DNA of 64,000 nt from Octopus bimaculoides (taxonomy: Eukaryota): contig NC_068982.1 in assembly GCF_001194135.2 (NCBI RefSeq), forward strand, positions 56,921,524 through 56,985,523, given 5' to 3'. Shown piece by piece: positions 13,311-24,204 of the stretch (position 1 is its first letter; the number at the start of each line of letters is the position of its first letter). A program made the position numbers and the translations under genes. The notes below the pieces were generated by a model. It saw only the letters and a list, made by a program, of their open reading frames with translations. It searched no databases and was not told where the DNA came from.

Positions 13311-13529
13311 CAAAGAATGTTACTCTCAAATAAATATCTGAAATGTTTTTGCTCATGATGTGTTGTCCCAGGTCAATCCAGATGAAAGATATTCTACCTG
13401 CAATCATCTTCTCTATTTAGTCACAGCAATGATTAATATCTTATATGTACGTCCCCTTTTTTAAGCATGTGATGTGTAATTTGAGAAATCTCAAAATTCT
13501 GTGATTAACATTCACCAACACAGCCTTTA

Positions 13530-13990
13530 ACAAGTACCGTCCACAAATTTGGCTAATATCGCAATGAACTCTTTCACCGAGATGGTCATTACTGCATTTA
13601 TATTCTTTATTGTGCTAGCTTACTGTACTTACGTGATGATTAATACTTTCGTTCACTTTTCCACAGATTTTACGTTTACTCTTTGGCTGAGTTTTATTAA
13701 TCTTTGTTTTGATCAAGTTCGTTGGCTATAATTAGCGATCCAGTTTCTCATGTCAGAATTGCATGTCAGCCACAACCAGCGTTCTTTACTTGCAGCATCC
13801 TCGGTATGTTAAATGAATTGACCTTATTCCTTCATCTAACTATTTGTCCGGTCATTCTTTCTGTTCTTCAATTCTGTTACTGTTTGACAGTCGAGTCTCG
13901 GTCTTACATTATGAGAGCTGCTAATCAATTTGGATCAACCGAATGTATTTGATAAGATCAACCATCCGTACTTAAAGTTTCATCCAGTTT
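13530..13990 (-). mobile_element. R4/Dong-like (RLE-type) non-LTR retrotransposon remnant
   Basis: Frameshifted minus-strand pieces GQFI*HTEDAASKERWLWLT / ETGSLIIA / IKTKINKTQPKSKRKICGKVNESINH / KEYKCSNDHLGERVHCDI follow the recalled R4/Dong order HGQF..W.WL..LKRETESLIIAAQ..IKAKIDKTQ..KCR.CG...E..NH..KEYKRRHD. Confidence 0.7.
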
Positions 13991-14479
13991 CAAGTTGCTC
14001 TCATGTGCTAGGTCGCTCATTATGCGGCATCTCATCGGTGGTGGTAGTAAATATCTGTCTATTAGAACCATATATTATCGAACGCTCGGTCTGCTAAGTA
14101 TTATGTTTACCTCTCATCGTATCTGTTTTGGCTCTTGAGCTTCTGTTGTTGAAACTGGAGGCGTTGGAGGATGTTCAATTCAATCCGAGGTGGAGGAGAC
14201 CGTTTTGGTATACAGGGACATCATCTATTGTACGTACTTGTCTTATTACACCTTATATCTAGAATTGTCACCATAGTAATAAAGGCCCAACTAATTATTC
14301 ATTGTATTCTGATTTAAGTTAATTTAGATTTATTTAGGATCCAGGTTTGTTCTTCGTTCTCTGTTCTGACACTCTTTAGAGTGAGGGCTCAGTATGTTGT
14401 CACTGATTATGCGCATTGAAGCTGTGGAGACTACAGAGATTCCAAAACAATGAGCAGTTGTGTTGGTTATTCATGAAAT

Positions 14480-15415
14480 ACTTGCACTCACAGTCCCACA
14501 GATTTTCTCTTTGGAGGAGAGGTAGTCCTGGATCTGTTCTCAGACGGGCACAGCAGTTGGTGGAATGCTGACATTAGCATTCTACAAAGGGAAAGTGAAG
14601 ATTTAGAGTAACGATGTTCTTGAGGAAACGCTAAATGTCAACGAAAAACAGCCAAGTAATTTATTCCTAAGGGCCTTCTACCCAGCGATCATGAGCAACT
14701 TCCTGAAATCCCCAGTCCGGTACTGATACTCAGAAGAATAGAAATTACCGCTTCAGAATTAGCCTGTCTAAAATGCACGTTGAACTGGGAGACTGTTCTC
14801 TATGCATCAGCTCAGTGTCTGAACACACATGACGCTTACACTGATGTCAAACATGTTATTTAGTGTGTAAAGATTTGGCTGAAAGCTGAGTTAATTGTTG
14901 AGACCACCCAATGCTCATTTTTGGTAAGGAGGGACTTGCAGATTAATTTTGTTTGGTCGCTATGGTAAATATAGTAAATGAGATCCTTTAGTGGACGCGT
15001 TTGGAAAAATTAACGACAAAGCTCTAATTATCCGATTAAGTTCTCATCTACTTTAAATGAAAGTTGCGGCTGGAGAGGGTGGCATTGCCTTGCAATAAAT
15101 CTCATTAAAAGATGTTTTCAAATTTAGAAAATGGTACATGTGAGAATGCTAACTTTTGAATTCTACACGAAGATTGCAGTTAGATAGTTACTGCTCCATT
15201 CCGTAATGTGGTCGGGGATTGGTGGTCGTCCGTTCTTCCATAGATGACAATTCCTCCTCTTTACTCTGTGCCTTCGATCGATTTAAATTGTGTCATATTA
15301 CATCTTTACCCCTTTCTCCACCTCCGTTTTATTGTTTATGTACATCACAGAATTTTGCATAAAATGAATGTGTGAGACCCCTGTAATCAATACAAAATCC
15401 TTCTCCTCCTCATTA
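14480..15415 (+). mobile_element. L1/Tx1-like LINE 3' remnant
   Basis: ACLKCTLNWETVLYASAQC (zinc-knuckle-like), IWLKAELIVET, FCLVAMV, KLRLERVAL; UTR ends gtgagacccctgtaatcaatacaaaat before a (TAT)n tract. Confidence 0.55.
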
Positions 15416-15553
15416 TTATATGATTATTATTATCATTATTATTATCATTATTATTATTATTGTTATTATTATTATCATTACTATTATTGTTGTTGTTGTT
15501 ATTATTACTACTACTACTACTACTACTACTACTNNNNNNNNNNTTGTTATTAT

Positions 15554-15601
<48 letters not shown>

Positions 15602-15612
15602 CACTACTAGTA
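15410..15612. repeat. Compound (TAT)n/(TAC)n microsatellite
   Basis: Direct observation; contains a 10-N gap. Confidence 0.95.
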
Positions 15613-15774
15613 CTATTGCTGCTGCCCCTACCGTTGTTGTTTTTATGTTGTTGCTATGGTTATTTGTAATGTTTGTTTGGTGGTGAAAGTTTGTTTTGAA
15701 TAAATTTTTGCGACACAGACACGGCAGCGTCATTCGGATAACCAGCACAGCAATACTCTCATCTTCCCCCTCTC

Positions 15775-15814
<40 letters not shown>

Positions 15815-16489
15815 TCTCTCTCGTTCTCTCTCTCTCTCTCTCTCTCTGTTTCTCTTACTTGTCTCTCACTAACACACATAGTATTACATGCGAATTTAGA
15901 AATCTGTCTCAGCGGTACATTAACCCTGTTGACTTATGAACGTAGACTCCTATACGCACAGTCATACAAACATACACATACATGGACACATAACTCACGT
16001 ACACACATACAACTGCAGTTATGCACATAGGTACACGCGCAGGCGCAGTCATGCATACATACTTATTGCGCTCATAAAAATACATGGGAACAACACACAA
16101 AACAAGCAAACTCATAAGCATACACGTATTACATACTCATCTTACCTTAGCACATACATCCCCTTAAACACTTACACTCATACGATCACGGATAGAAACA
16201 GAAATACTTTCACTCAAGCGCACTTACAACGCACATACATGCATACACACTCACTCAGACTTTCAAAGTTTTTGTTACACTAATCCCAAAAAATTGAGAA
16301 AATTGTTCATTACACTGATTTTTGTCTCTGGTCAGTAAGTGTTATTTTCTACTTGCTTCTAAACAGAAATCAAAGGAAATGACTATCATTCCCTTCAAAG
16401 TTTGTTTTTGTACATTAATGTTTTGAAACTGACATATTTTTCATTACATTTCAGACATTCAGTGCTTAGTTGCTGAGGCAGAAATATCG

Positions 16490-16920
16490 TTATAGTAAAT
16501 ATTCTGCTCAATACTACAGAATTACTTATTAGTTGTTTGACCGTAACCACCTGAGCATGTCCCTTAACCCATTACCTACCAGTGATCTCATATGAGATCA
16601 CTTAAAAATTACAAATTTCGTAAATATCTAACCTTTTTGCTATATCTACTAGGTATTCGATGAGGTTTGCTAATTTTTCACCCAATATCTCGCTTATTTC
16701 TATTTAAAATGTTATTTCGATCATTCCAGCGTGTTTCTAAGGCTGTTTTATGCTAGAAATCAAAATTTCGTAAAACAATTCCAGTTAATAGAATTATGGA
16801 AGGTAATGGGTTAATGGCTGACAATATGTGCATCTCTGATTATGAACAGGAGTAGTGAAGGAACATCATAGCCATATGTTGAGAGGGATTCTTAAGTGTT
16901 TGAATAAATGTAACAAAAGT
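16490..16920 (+). repeat. Dispersed octopus repeat interrupted by a piggyBac MITE
   Basis: gagcatgtccc|TTAA|tggctgacaatatgtgcatctctg reads as one continuous sequence once 16568-16814 is removed; identification as a common octopus repeat is from recall. Confidence 0.5.
16568..16810. mobile_element. Non-autonomous piggyBac MITE, 243 bp
   Basis: TTAA TSD at 16564-16567 and 16811-16814; TIRs CCCATTACCTACCA / TGGAAGGTAATGGG (13/14); subterminal palindrome gtgatctcatatgagatcac. Confidence 0.85.
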
Positions 16921-17249
16921 AAAATTTGAAGGCAATATTAACCATTTTTTATAGTTTCTAGGGGTAAGCAAATATGAAATAACAGTTGCTGCTCAAAGAT
17001 AAAAATCGTGTTACACAGTGTTGTTAGACAATATTGTCATTCCTATGAGAGGCTCACTCACTTAATGATATCATATACATACCCTTTGTGAAATCAGAAA
17101 GCTTTTTGCAATCCGAAAAAGAAAACGTTTAATGATCCTTATATGTCAGCCACACAACCCCATCATCAGAAGTAAACAGCCGAGAAATGTTTTCTATATA
17201 GTATTGGCCATCATGGTTGTTGTGTGTCCGCAAAAAACTAACATTTCTT

Positions 17250-17760
17250 GACTGTTTATCTCTGATGATAAGCCTTTGTGTCTGAAATACATTATTCTTT
17301 ACGTCTTTTTAATTTTGCTATTTTAATTCTTTCACACAATGCTTCGAGAAAGCTTCAATGCTCTTCATTCATAGGCTTATCTTTTATTGCACTTTAAATT
17401 CATTGATAAGAGACATTTTCACATGTCCATCTTTTGAGGAGTGTAAGTTCTAATACCCAAGTAGCCTCATTTTTACGTTGGCCATGAGAATGTTTGGCCG
17501 GAATGATCAGTTGTAACTACGCGCGTATTCCTGCTCTATTGGTTCTGATGAGTGCGTTTTCTTCCATGTCTTTAATTACTTTTTTAGTAGTGGAACCATC
17601 AATGTGGGTCACAGACAATGACGAAGTCTCCCACTTTGGAAAGGTTTCATATCGCTCCTCGGTGCTAATGCAGTTTCGCACCTCTCGATGAAAAATGCAT
17701 TTTTTTGAAAACTTTTTTCTGGATTCCTACGTTTTAGATGTTGGAGATTATTATTATTAC

Positions 17761-17803
<43 letters not shown>

Positions 17804-18000
17804 ATTATAATTTATTTTTTATTTTTTATTTTTTTTTTTTGCATATTCGTAATCTCCGACATCTAAAACGTAGGAATCCGGAAAAAGTTTTTAAAAAAAT
17901 GCATTTTTCAAGGAGAGGTGCGAAACTGCATTAGTCCCCGCTCCTCTTCAGATGTGTTAGGAAGGACTCAATAGGGAATGTGTTTATAAATCCACTGTTA
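17250..18000 (-). mobile_element. Possible L1/Tx1 endonuclease-region remnant, split by a MITE
   Basis: After excising the MITE, scattered pieces PNTSEEERYETF, VGDFVIVCDPH, HSGQTFSW and IEAFSKHCVKE weakly echo APE motifs. Confidence 0.3.
17661..17938. mobile_element. MITE with ~89 bp TIRs and 8 bp TSD (Merlin-like), (TAT)n core
   Basis: TIRs 17661-17750 and 17850-17938, roughly 90% identical; termini GG...CC; exact TSD cgctcctc at 17653-17660 and 17939-17946. Confidence 0.82.
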
Positions 18001-18149
18001 CAGGACAAAAAGACGAGATAACCATACAGAGAACAATATTTGATCATATATCTGCTTGATTAGGATTTCTTGAGAAACATTCCTAAAAACATATTCCCGT
18101 GTACTGCAATCATGTAACATATCGCAATTACATACATGCACACGCTATA

Positions 18150-18500
18150 TGCTTTGCAACCACGTGGTTTTGCGTTCAATCTAACTGCTCGGCAACTTGG
18201 ACAAGCGTCTACTATAGTCCCGGATTGACGAATGCCTTGGAAGTGAATTTGGTGACCGGATACTGAATTTCCGTCGTGCGCGAATGCATGTGTGTGCTTA
18301 TCCCCATCACCGCTTGACAACTGATTTTAGTTCTTTTAACGTTTTCGTTACTTAATGGATCGGTAAACGAGACCGATAAAATAAGTACCAAACTTTTAAA
18401 AAAGATACTGCATTTGATTTACGATTGACTTACGATCCTTCAAGGCTATCACCCAGCAGGATTGCTCTCCAATGATTGAAACAAGTGAAAGATAAAAGAT
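18150..18500 (+). mobile_element. CORE-type SINE, old full-span copy
   Basis: aaccacgtggttttgcgttcaatc...aacttggacaagcgtc...caccgcttgacaac...gagaccgataaaataagtacc...aatgattgaaacaagtgaaagataaaag. Confidence 0.7.
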
Positions 18501-19607
18501 ACAGGAAAAGAAGGGGAATGTCAAAGACACACACAATTACGTCGATGTAAATGTTTACACATAAGCCTACATAAATAAATGTGTGATGGAGTTCCACCCG
18601 AAATTCATACCAGCTGAAATAGACACCCGATCAGGATAGACTAGGGAAAATCTGCAGTAGCAGTTGCGGTCGCACTTCGCCAGGCGTGACCTACTAATAG
18701 TGCAATGCGACTACTGACCACATAATATAAAGAAGTCGGCGGTACGTGCAGACTTCTGCAGCCCGATAACATACGAACCGGAATTGACCTGTGGTGTTGT
18801 GCTTCATTTGGGATGAAACGGTAATAGGAATGGCTGGTTCCAATGAAACGAGTGCTAGGTTACTAATTGACGCATTCGCGCATGGATGAGATCTAAGATA
18901 TCCGTAATGAAAGGGAAATGCAGTTTGTACAGCACCATGCTGATATTTTGCAAAATCCTATGTAAAATCATAAGAAACTAAGTTAATACTAAGATTAATG
19001 GGTTGACATTAAAATATTATTAATTTGACATTAATATTATTAATGTCAAATGTTTGACATTAAAATATTATTACGGGTTCGAACGTGCCACAAGTACATT
19101 TGAACTGGTAATAACATTGCATAAGATACTATATTGACGTGATCGTCAAGGCTTTTGAGCGATTCAAAATATTTGAAATTTACTAACGCATGTGTTACTT
19201 GCAATATAACTTAATGTAGAAATCGAAAAGAGATGCTTCATCATTTGAAAATACACTCGCTGCATAAAGAAACAGTTTGGTTAATGATAATTTCTTTCTG
19301 GTGAGGCAAGGGAGAGGACTCGGAAACTGAAATTGATTGGAAATGAAACGATGACAGGCTGTGAGTAGTTACACTAACCTTTTGTATCTCTGGTGGTAGT
19401 ACAAAGTACGTTTCAGTTTTATTAAACCTTCTCAACGAAGTTTAGCCTAGCACATAATCAATTTTAGAATGCTTAAGCACATGTTAAAGTAGAAGATGAA
19501 TTTTATTAGGGTGACATAATTTGTTGGCCAATGGAATAAAGAATAGACACAGAGAAGTAGAATTGAACTGTGCTATGATTACAAACTTCTGTTTTGCTGC
19601 ATAAGTG

Positions 19608-19653
<46 letters not shown>

Positions 19654-19893
19654 CGAAACATGGGTGAACGAAAGCGATTATAATAGGTTTTGTTTGATGT
19701 AAATGTCTTGCTTCGTTTCGTTTAAAATATATACGCCTGTAAATATATGCATTTATCTTGAGAAAACCAACATATGCATGTGTGCGCTTGTTTATCTCAA
19801 AATAAATGTATGCGTACATACTGTACGAACACGCATAAATGCGCAAGCACATAGCCTACGAACACAAACACTCACACAAGCAGTGCGGGAGTG

Positions 19894-19955
<62 letters not shown>

Positions 19956-20521
19956 CGAAACATGGGTGAACGAAAGCGATTATAATAGATAGAGACATAT
20001 CTATTGGCAACAATGTCCATATCATTAAGCATTTGACATTGTACTGTACACACGTACAAGCGCGCAAAAGTACAAATAAAATACGTACTCATTAATTTGG
20101 ATATGTGTGCATGCTTCTGTTATTAGAATTCGTGAGAATAGGTACGTATACATATTCCAAACAGCTTTTAATACAAATCTTAAAATAACCGTTACCAATT
20201 TTCAAGTAGGGCTTATGAGAGGGGAAACTAATTTCAAAGATATAAAATTGTCCATGCATTCAAATGTATCGCATTAGTTACCTAATATCATATCAATTAT
20301 ATCGTATTCCATGCTTCTGTTGAACGTGTATACATGTGTACACACGCATGTTAACGCATGGATGTATGTACATACTGATAGTTGTTAGTGAAATAGGGAA
20401 TAAATATGTATATATGTATTTATAATTATATAATTATGAATAATACATTTGGAAATGTCCGTATTCTCATATATACATATACACATGTATGTTTGTATGT
20501 ATGTATGCATGTATGCATGTG

Positions 20522-20578
<57 letters not shown>

Positions 20579-20707
20579 TTTAATGAACGAGTGAAAAGTA
20601 ATTCAATACCATACTAAAGTGCAATTGTTTATTTAGACTGACGCAAACTCGCAAACTACGATATATAGTTTTTGACAACGGAGACCACCCTGAGTCTCCT
20701 CGGACTG

Positions 20708-20794
<87 letters not shown>

Positions 20795-20959
20795 GTGAGT
20801 TCATTCAGCTCTACATTACTCAAAATTTCATAGGTTCAAGGTCATGCGAATAGCATGATAATTTAAATATATGCTCTAATAATTTAAATATCTGCTTTAA
20901 CATGGTAGACGAGACACTGTAATGGCGTCAGGTACTCGGTGACCTGTAGTGTTTTTGGA

Positions 20960-22230
20960 ACTCCTTGACTTCCATCTTGTTTCTTAAGAAATTGTTGTTT
21001 GTTCCCCAAATGTTTCCAACTGGGTGAAAATAGAAGAGGATCCATTGCTCGACGCATGCATAAGAAATTACGACGGAGCCGAAGTCGCTGACTTCTTCGG
21101 GTCATTTATCCTGGATACTTCAAAAACTTAACCACTCTTCAGTTCACTCCTTCACAAGGATAACGTCCTGGCAGTCTCAAGCCACGTCATAGGTAAGCTG
21201 AAGAAGAATCTTATACAGATCTTATATAATAGTTATTACCAATTGAAATAAGGTCATAGTTTTATTTTTTTACTTGTTTCAGTCATTTTGACTGCGGCCA
21301 TGCTAGAGTACCGTCTTTAGTCGAGCATGCATACATATATATGTATATACGACGGGCTCCTTTCAGTTTCCGTCTACCAAATCGATTCACAAGGCTTTGG
21401 TCGGCCCGAGGCTATAGGAGAAGCCACTTGCCCAGGGTGCCACGCAGTGGGACTGAACCCGGAACCATGTGGTTGGTAAGCAAGCTACTTACCACACAGC
21501 CACTCCTGCGCCTAGTTGAAAGAAGGTCATAGTTGAAGAAGAATCTTATAAAGGTTTTATATAATATTTATTACCAATTTAAATAAGATCGACTTCTTGG
21601 ATATTACTCTAAGCTTCAAGACAGATACATACCATGCTTAAAAAGATCCTTACAAGTAATTTGATTATATCAATAGGAATACGAACTCAACCCCTCCGCA
21701 ATTATAACTGGAAATTTGGTCAGAGACATTGGCAGAAGAATCTCTGATTTTTGGCCGCAATCCAATAGTAAGTGACATGCGCGAGGAGGGGTTTCGTAGA
21801 TAGTTTAATTTATATGGGTCTTCGCTACCATGCACTCCAACACGAAGAGAGAAATATATTCTTGTTCAATCTTCTATTCAGTCAAGCTGTATCAACAACT
21901 GTAGGTAGAAGCTTCCTGTTACTAATTAGATACCACATCCCAAATACTATTAAATAAGCATAAGCTCTTTAATATCGAAAATCTTAAGGTTAGCTACTCA
22001 TGCTTAGAAAGAATTGCTTCCAACACAGCACGCTGCAACAGAAACAAGCACACAGACTCTACATTCCAACCTTTAACTGTCGGAATCCAACCAACTAACT
22101 TATTACTGGTAGGATATTTCTCCTAAAAGCTGTAATCTACAGTGCCACACTAACACAGTACTGTTACCAAATTATGTAGTTAAATAGTTGATGAAGAATA
22201 GAGATATTTCAATGCGAAACATGTTTTACT
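20960..22230 (+). mobile_element. Penelope-like element remnant (Naiad-type RT, linker and start of GIY-YIG), multiply disrupted
   Basis: WVKIEEDPLLDACIRNYDGAEVADFFGSFILD (cf. FDVTMGSYDGAEV), LHKDNVLAV (cf. LYRDDGLAV), DFLDITL, RNIFLFNLLFSQAVSTTVGRSFLLLIRYHIP, HKLFNIENLKVSYSC, NCRNP...VIYSATL, in the expected order. Confidence 0.8.
21261..21512 (-). mobile_element. CORE-type SINE with internal deletion, inserted in the PLE remnant
   Basis: Well-preserved head (ggcgcaggagtggctgtgtggtaagtagcttgc) and 3' end; apparent ~19 bp TSD ttgaaa(t/g)aaggtcatagtt. Confidence 0.88.
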
Positions 22231-22957
22231 AAGATTAAGATGGATCACGTAAGTTTATATATATATATATATNNNNNNNNNNNNNNNNNNNNNNNNNNNN
22301 NNNNNNNNNNNNNNNNNNNNNNNNNNNNNNNNNNNNNNNNNNNNNNNNNNNNNNNNNNNNNNNNNNNNNNNNNNNNNNNNNNNNNNNNNNNNNNNNNNNN
22401 NNNNNNNNNNNNNNNNNNNNNNNNNNNNNNNNNNNNNNNNNNNNNNNNNNNNNNNNNNNNNNNNNNNNNNNNNNNNNNNNNNNNNNNNNNNNNNNNNNNN
22501 NNNNNNNNNNNNNNNNNNNNNNNNNNNNNNNNNNNNNNNNNNNNNNNNNNNNNNNNNNNNNNNNNNNNNNNNNNNNNNNNNNNNNNNNNNNNNNNNNNNN
22601 NNNNNNNNNNNNNNNNNNNNNNNNNNNNNNNNNNNNNNNNNNNNNNNNNNNNNNNNNNNNNNNNNNNNNNNNNNNNNNNNNNNNNNNNNNNNNNNNNNNN
22701 NNNNNNNNNNNNNNNNNNNNNNNNNNNNNNNNNNNNNNNNNNNNNNNNNNNNNNNNNNNNNNNNNNNNNNNNNNNNNNNNNNNNNNNNNNNNNNNNNNNN
22801 NNNNNNNNNNNNNNNNNNNNNNNNNNNNNNNNNNNNNNNNNNNNNNNNNNNNNNNNNNNNNNNNNNNNNNNNNNNNNNNNNNNNNNNNNNNNNNNNNNNN
22901 NNNNNNNNNNNNNNNNNNNNNNNNNNNNNNNNNNNNNNNNNNNNNNNNNNNNNNNNN

Positions 22958-23152
22958 TATATATAGTTTTAGGGAAAACAACCAAGTTTCAAGAACTCAT
23001 CGATGAAAATCCACTATCACATATAGAAAAATTAATAATTAAAAGCACAATAAATGAGTATAATATAAAGTAAAGTAAATATCATAAGATAAATATAATA
23101 AAAAGATTACACGTGTTTCATAACTAATTTTCAAATAGAAAAGAAATTTAAA
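22958..23152 (-). mobile_element. Inverted, truncated copy of a PLE-type terminal repeat, ending in (TA)n
   Basis: 23039-23152 is the reverse complement of 23573-23686 at 113/114 nt; the outer end runs into (TA)n at the gap. Confidence 0.65.
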
Positions 23153-23174
23153 ACAATGATAACTTATGTAAGAT

Positions 23175-23354
23175 GGAATATATATGATATTATATACGGT
23201 TAGAGCTTCATTACCTTTATTATTATGTTTATTATTGTTGGGATATCGAGAGGGGTCTTATAGAATAAGATTAATTAGATTATTGTTTGTTGGTGATATG
23301 AGGTTATATTGGATTGTAGGGTTATTATTAGCTTTTTTAGTAAAATTGCCTATA
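23175..23354 (+). pseudogene. ND4: NUMT: internal fragment of mitochondrial NADH dehydrogenase subunit 4
   Basis: In translation table 5: GMYMMLYTVSASLPLLLCLLLL...GLLLAFLVKLPM, the ND4 segment between QPERLQAG and AFLVK.P; TTA-rich and T/G-skewed; no stops. Confidence 0.85.
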
Positions 23355-23393
23355 ATGGATGAAGGGATGATTATTGAATGGTTATTATTTTGA
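23355..23393 (+). pseudogene. Possible second mitochondrial fragment (ND5 N-terminal-like)
   Basis: MDEGMIIEWLLF; an IIEW motif is typical of the ND5 N-terminus (recall); only 39 nt. Confidence 0.4.
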
Positions 23394-23686
23394 TATTATG
23401 ATATTTTTAATAATTTTTCTATCTTTATATAATAAGTATTTCATATTAATTCATTTGGTACTTATTGTTGGTTGAGATATATATATCTAATTATTGTTCT
23501 ACTTACGATCTGACGAGTAGCTATATTTTTGAATAGAATTTATTTTCGATAATTTCAATTGATTTTAATCGATTTAAATTTCTCTTCTATTTGAAAATTA
23601 GTTATGAAACACGTGTAATCTTTTTATTATATTTATCTTATGATATTTACTTTACTTTATATTATACTCATTTATTGTGCTTTTAA
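23394..23686 (+). mobile_element. PLE-type terminal repeat (pLTR) carrying a hammerhead motif
   Basis: Contains the HHR at 23507-23620; AT-rich; runs through a 10-N gap into (TA)n; inverted partial copy upstream. Confidence 0.6.
23507..23620 (+). ncRNA. Type I hammerhead ribozyme motif with long stem II and palindromic stem III
   Basis: GAT / CTGACGA (23510-16) / GTAGCT..AGTTAT stem II / GAAA (23606-09) / ACACGTGT palindrome / A (GUA triplet) / ATC. Confidence 0.65.
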
Positions 23687-23696
23687 NNNNNNNNNN

Positions 23697-23741
<45 letters not shown>

Positions 23742-24204
23742 TAAACATAGCTGTGCAATTAAGAAACACTTTTTGCTGGCATGTGACTTCAGGGGAAGTC
23801 TGCGTGTGCCTGTATGCGTGTCTAAATCGTCTGGATATGTGTGTGCACTTATCTTGAACGATACTTTTTACCACTCCCTTTCCTTGTTCGACTTCCGTAT
23901 GTGTGATGCCGTTGAACTTTGGCACCACGTTTATAGACTTTTCCCGTATTACTTCTGTCATTAAAGTACAGAGTACTGTGTCTTCATTAGATTCGACTTG
24001 CACGAGGAAGCAGCTGCACAGCATGGGAACTTCAGAAGAACAGGTCTGTATGGGACACTTCTCCGTATATGCGTGTGTGAGTGTGTAAGACAAAGGGTCC
24101 TTCACCAACTATTGGCTCATAAAGACGGTTTTCCGAATTATGCGGTGTATCTATTCGTCTCTGGATGGAATGCCGGTCTGTCGCAGGTTTACTCCCTTTT
24201 GCCA

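Noticed and set aside
19604-19988. Duplicated agtgtgg(GA)n plus 36 identical bp, about 290 bp apart
   Set aside because: Anchored on a (GA)n tract; cannot separate misassembly from a trivial local duplication.
21185-21198. Strong donor CATAG|GTAAGC
   Set aside because: Lies within the PLE RT remnant.
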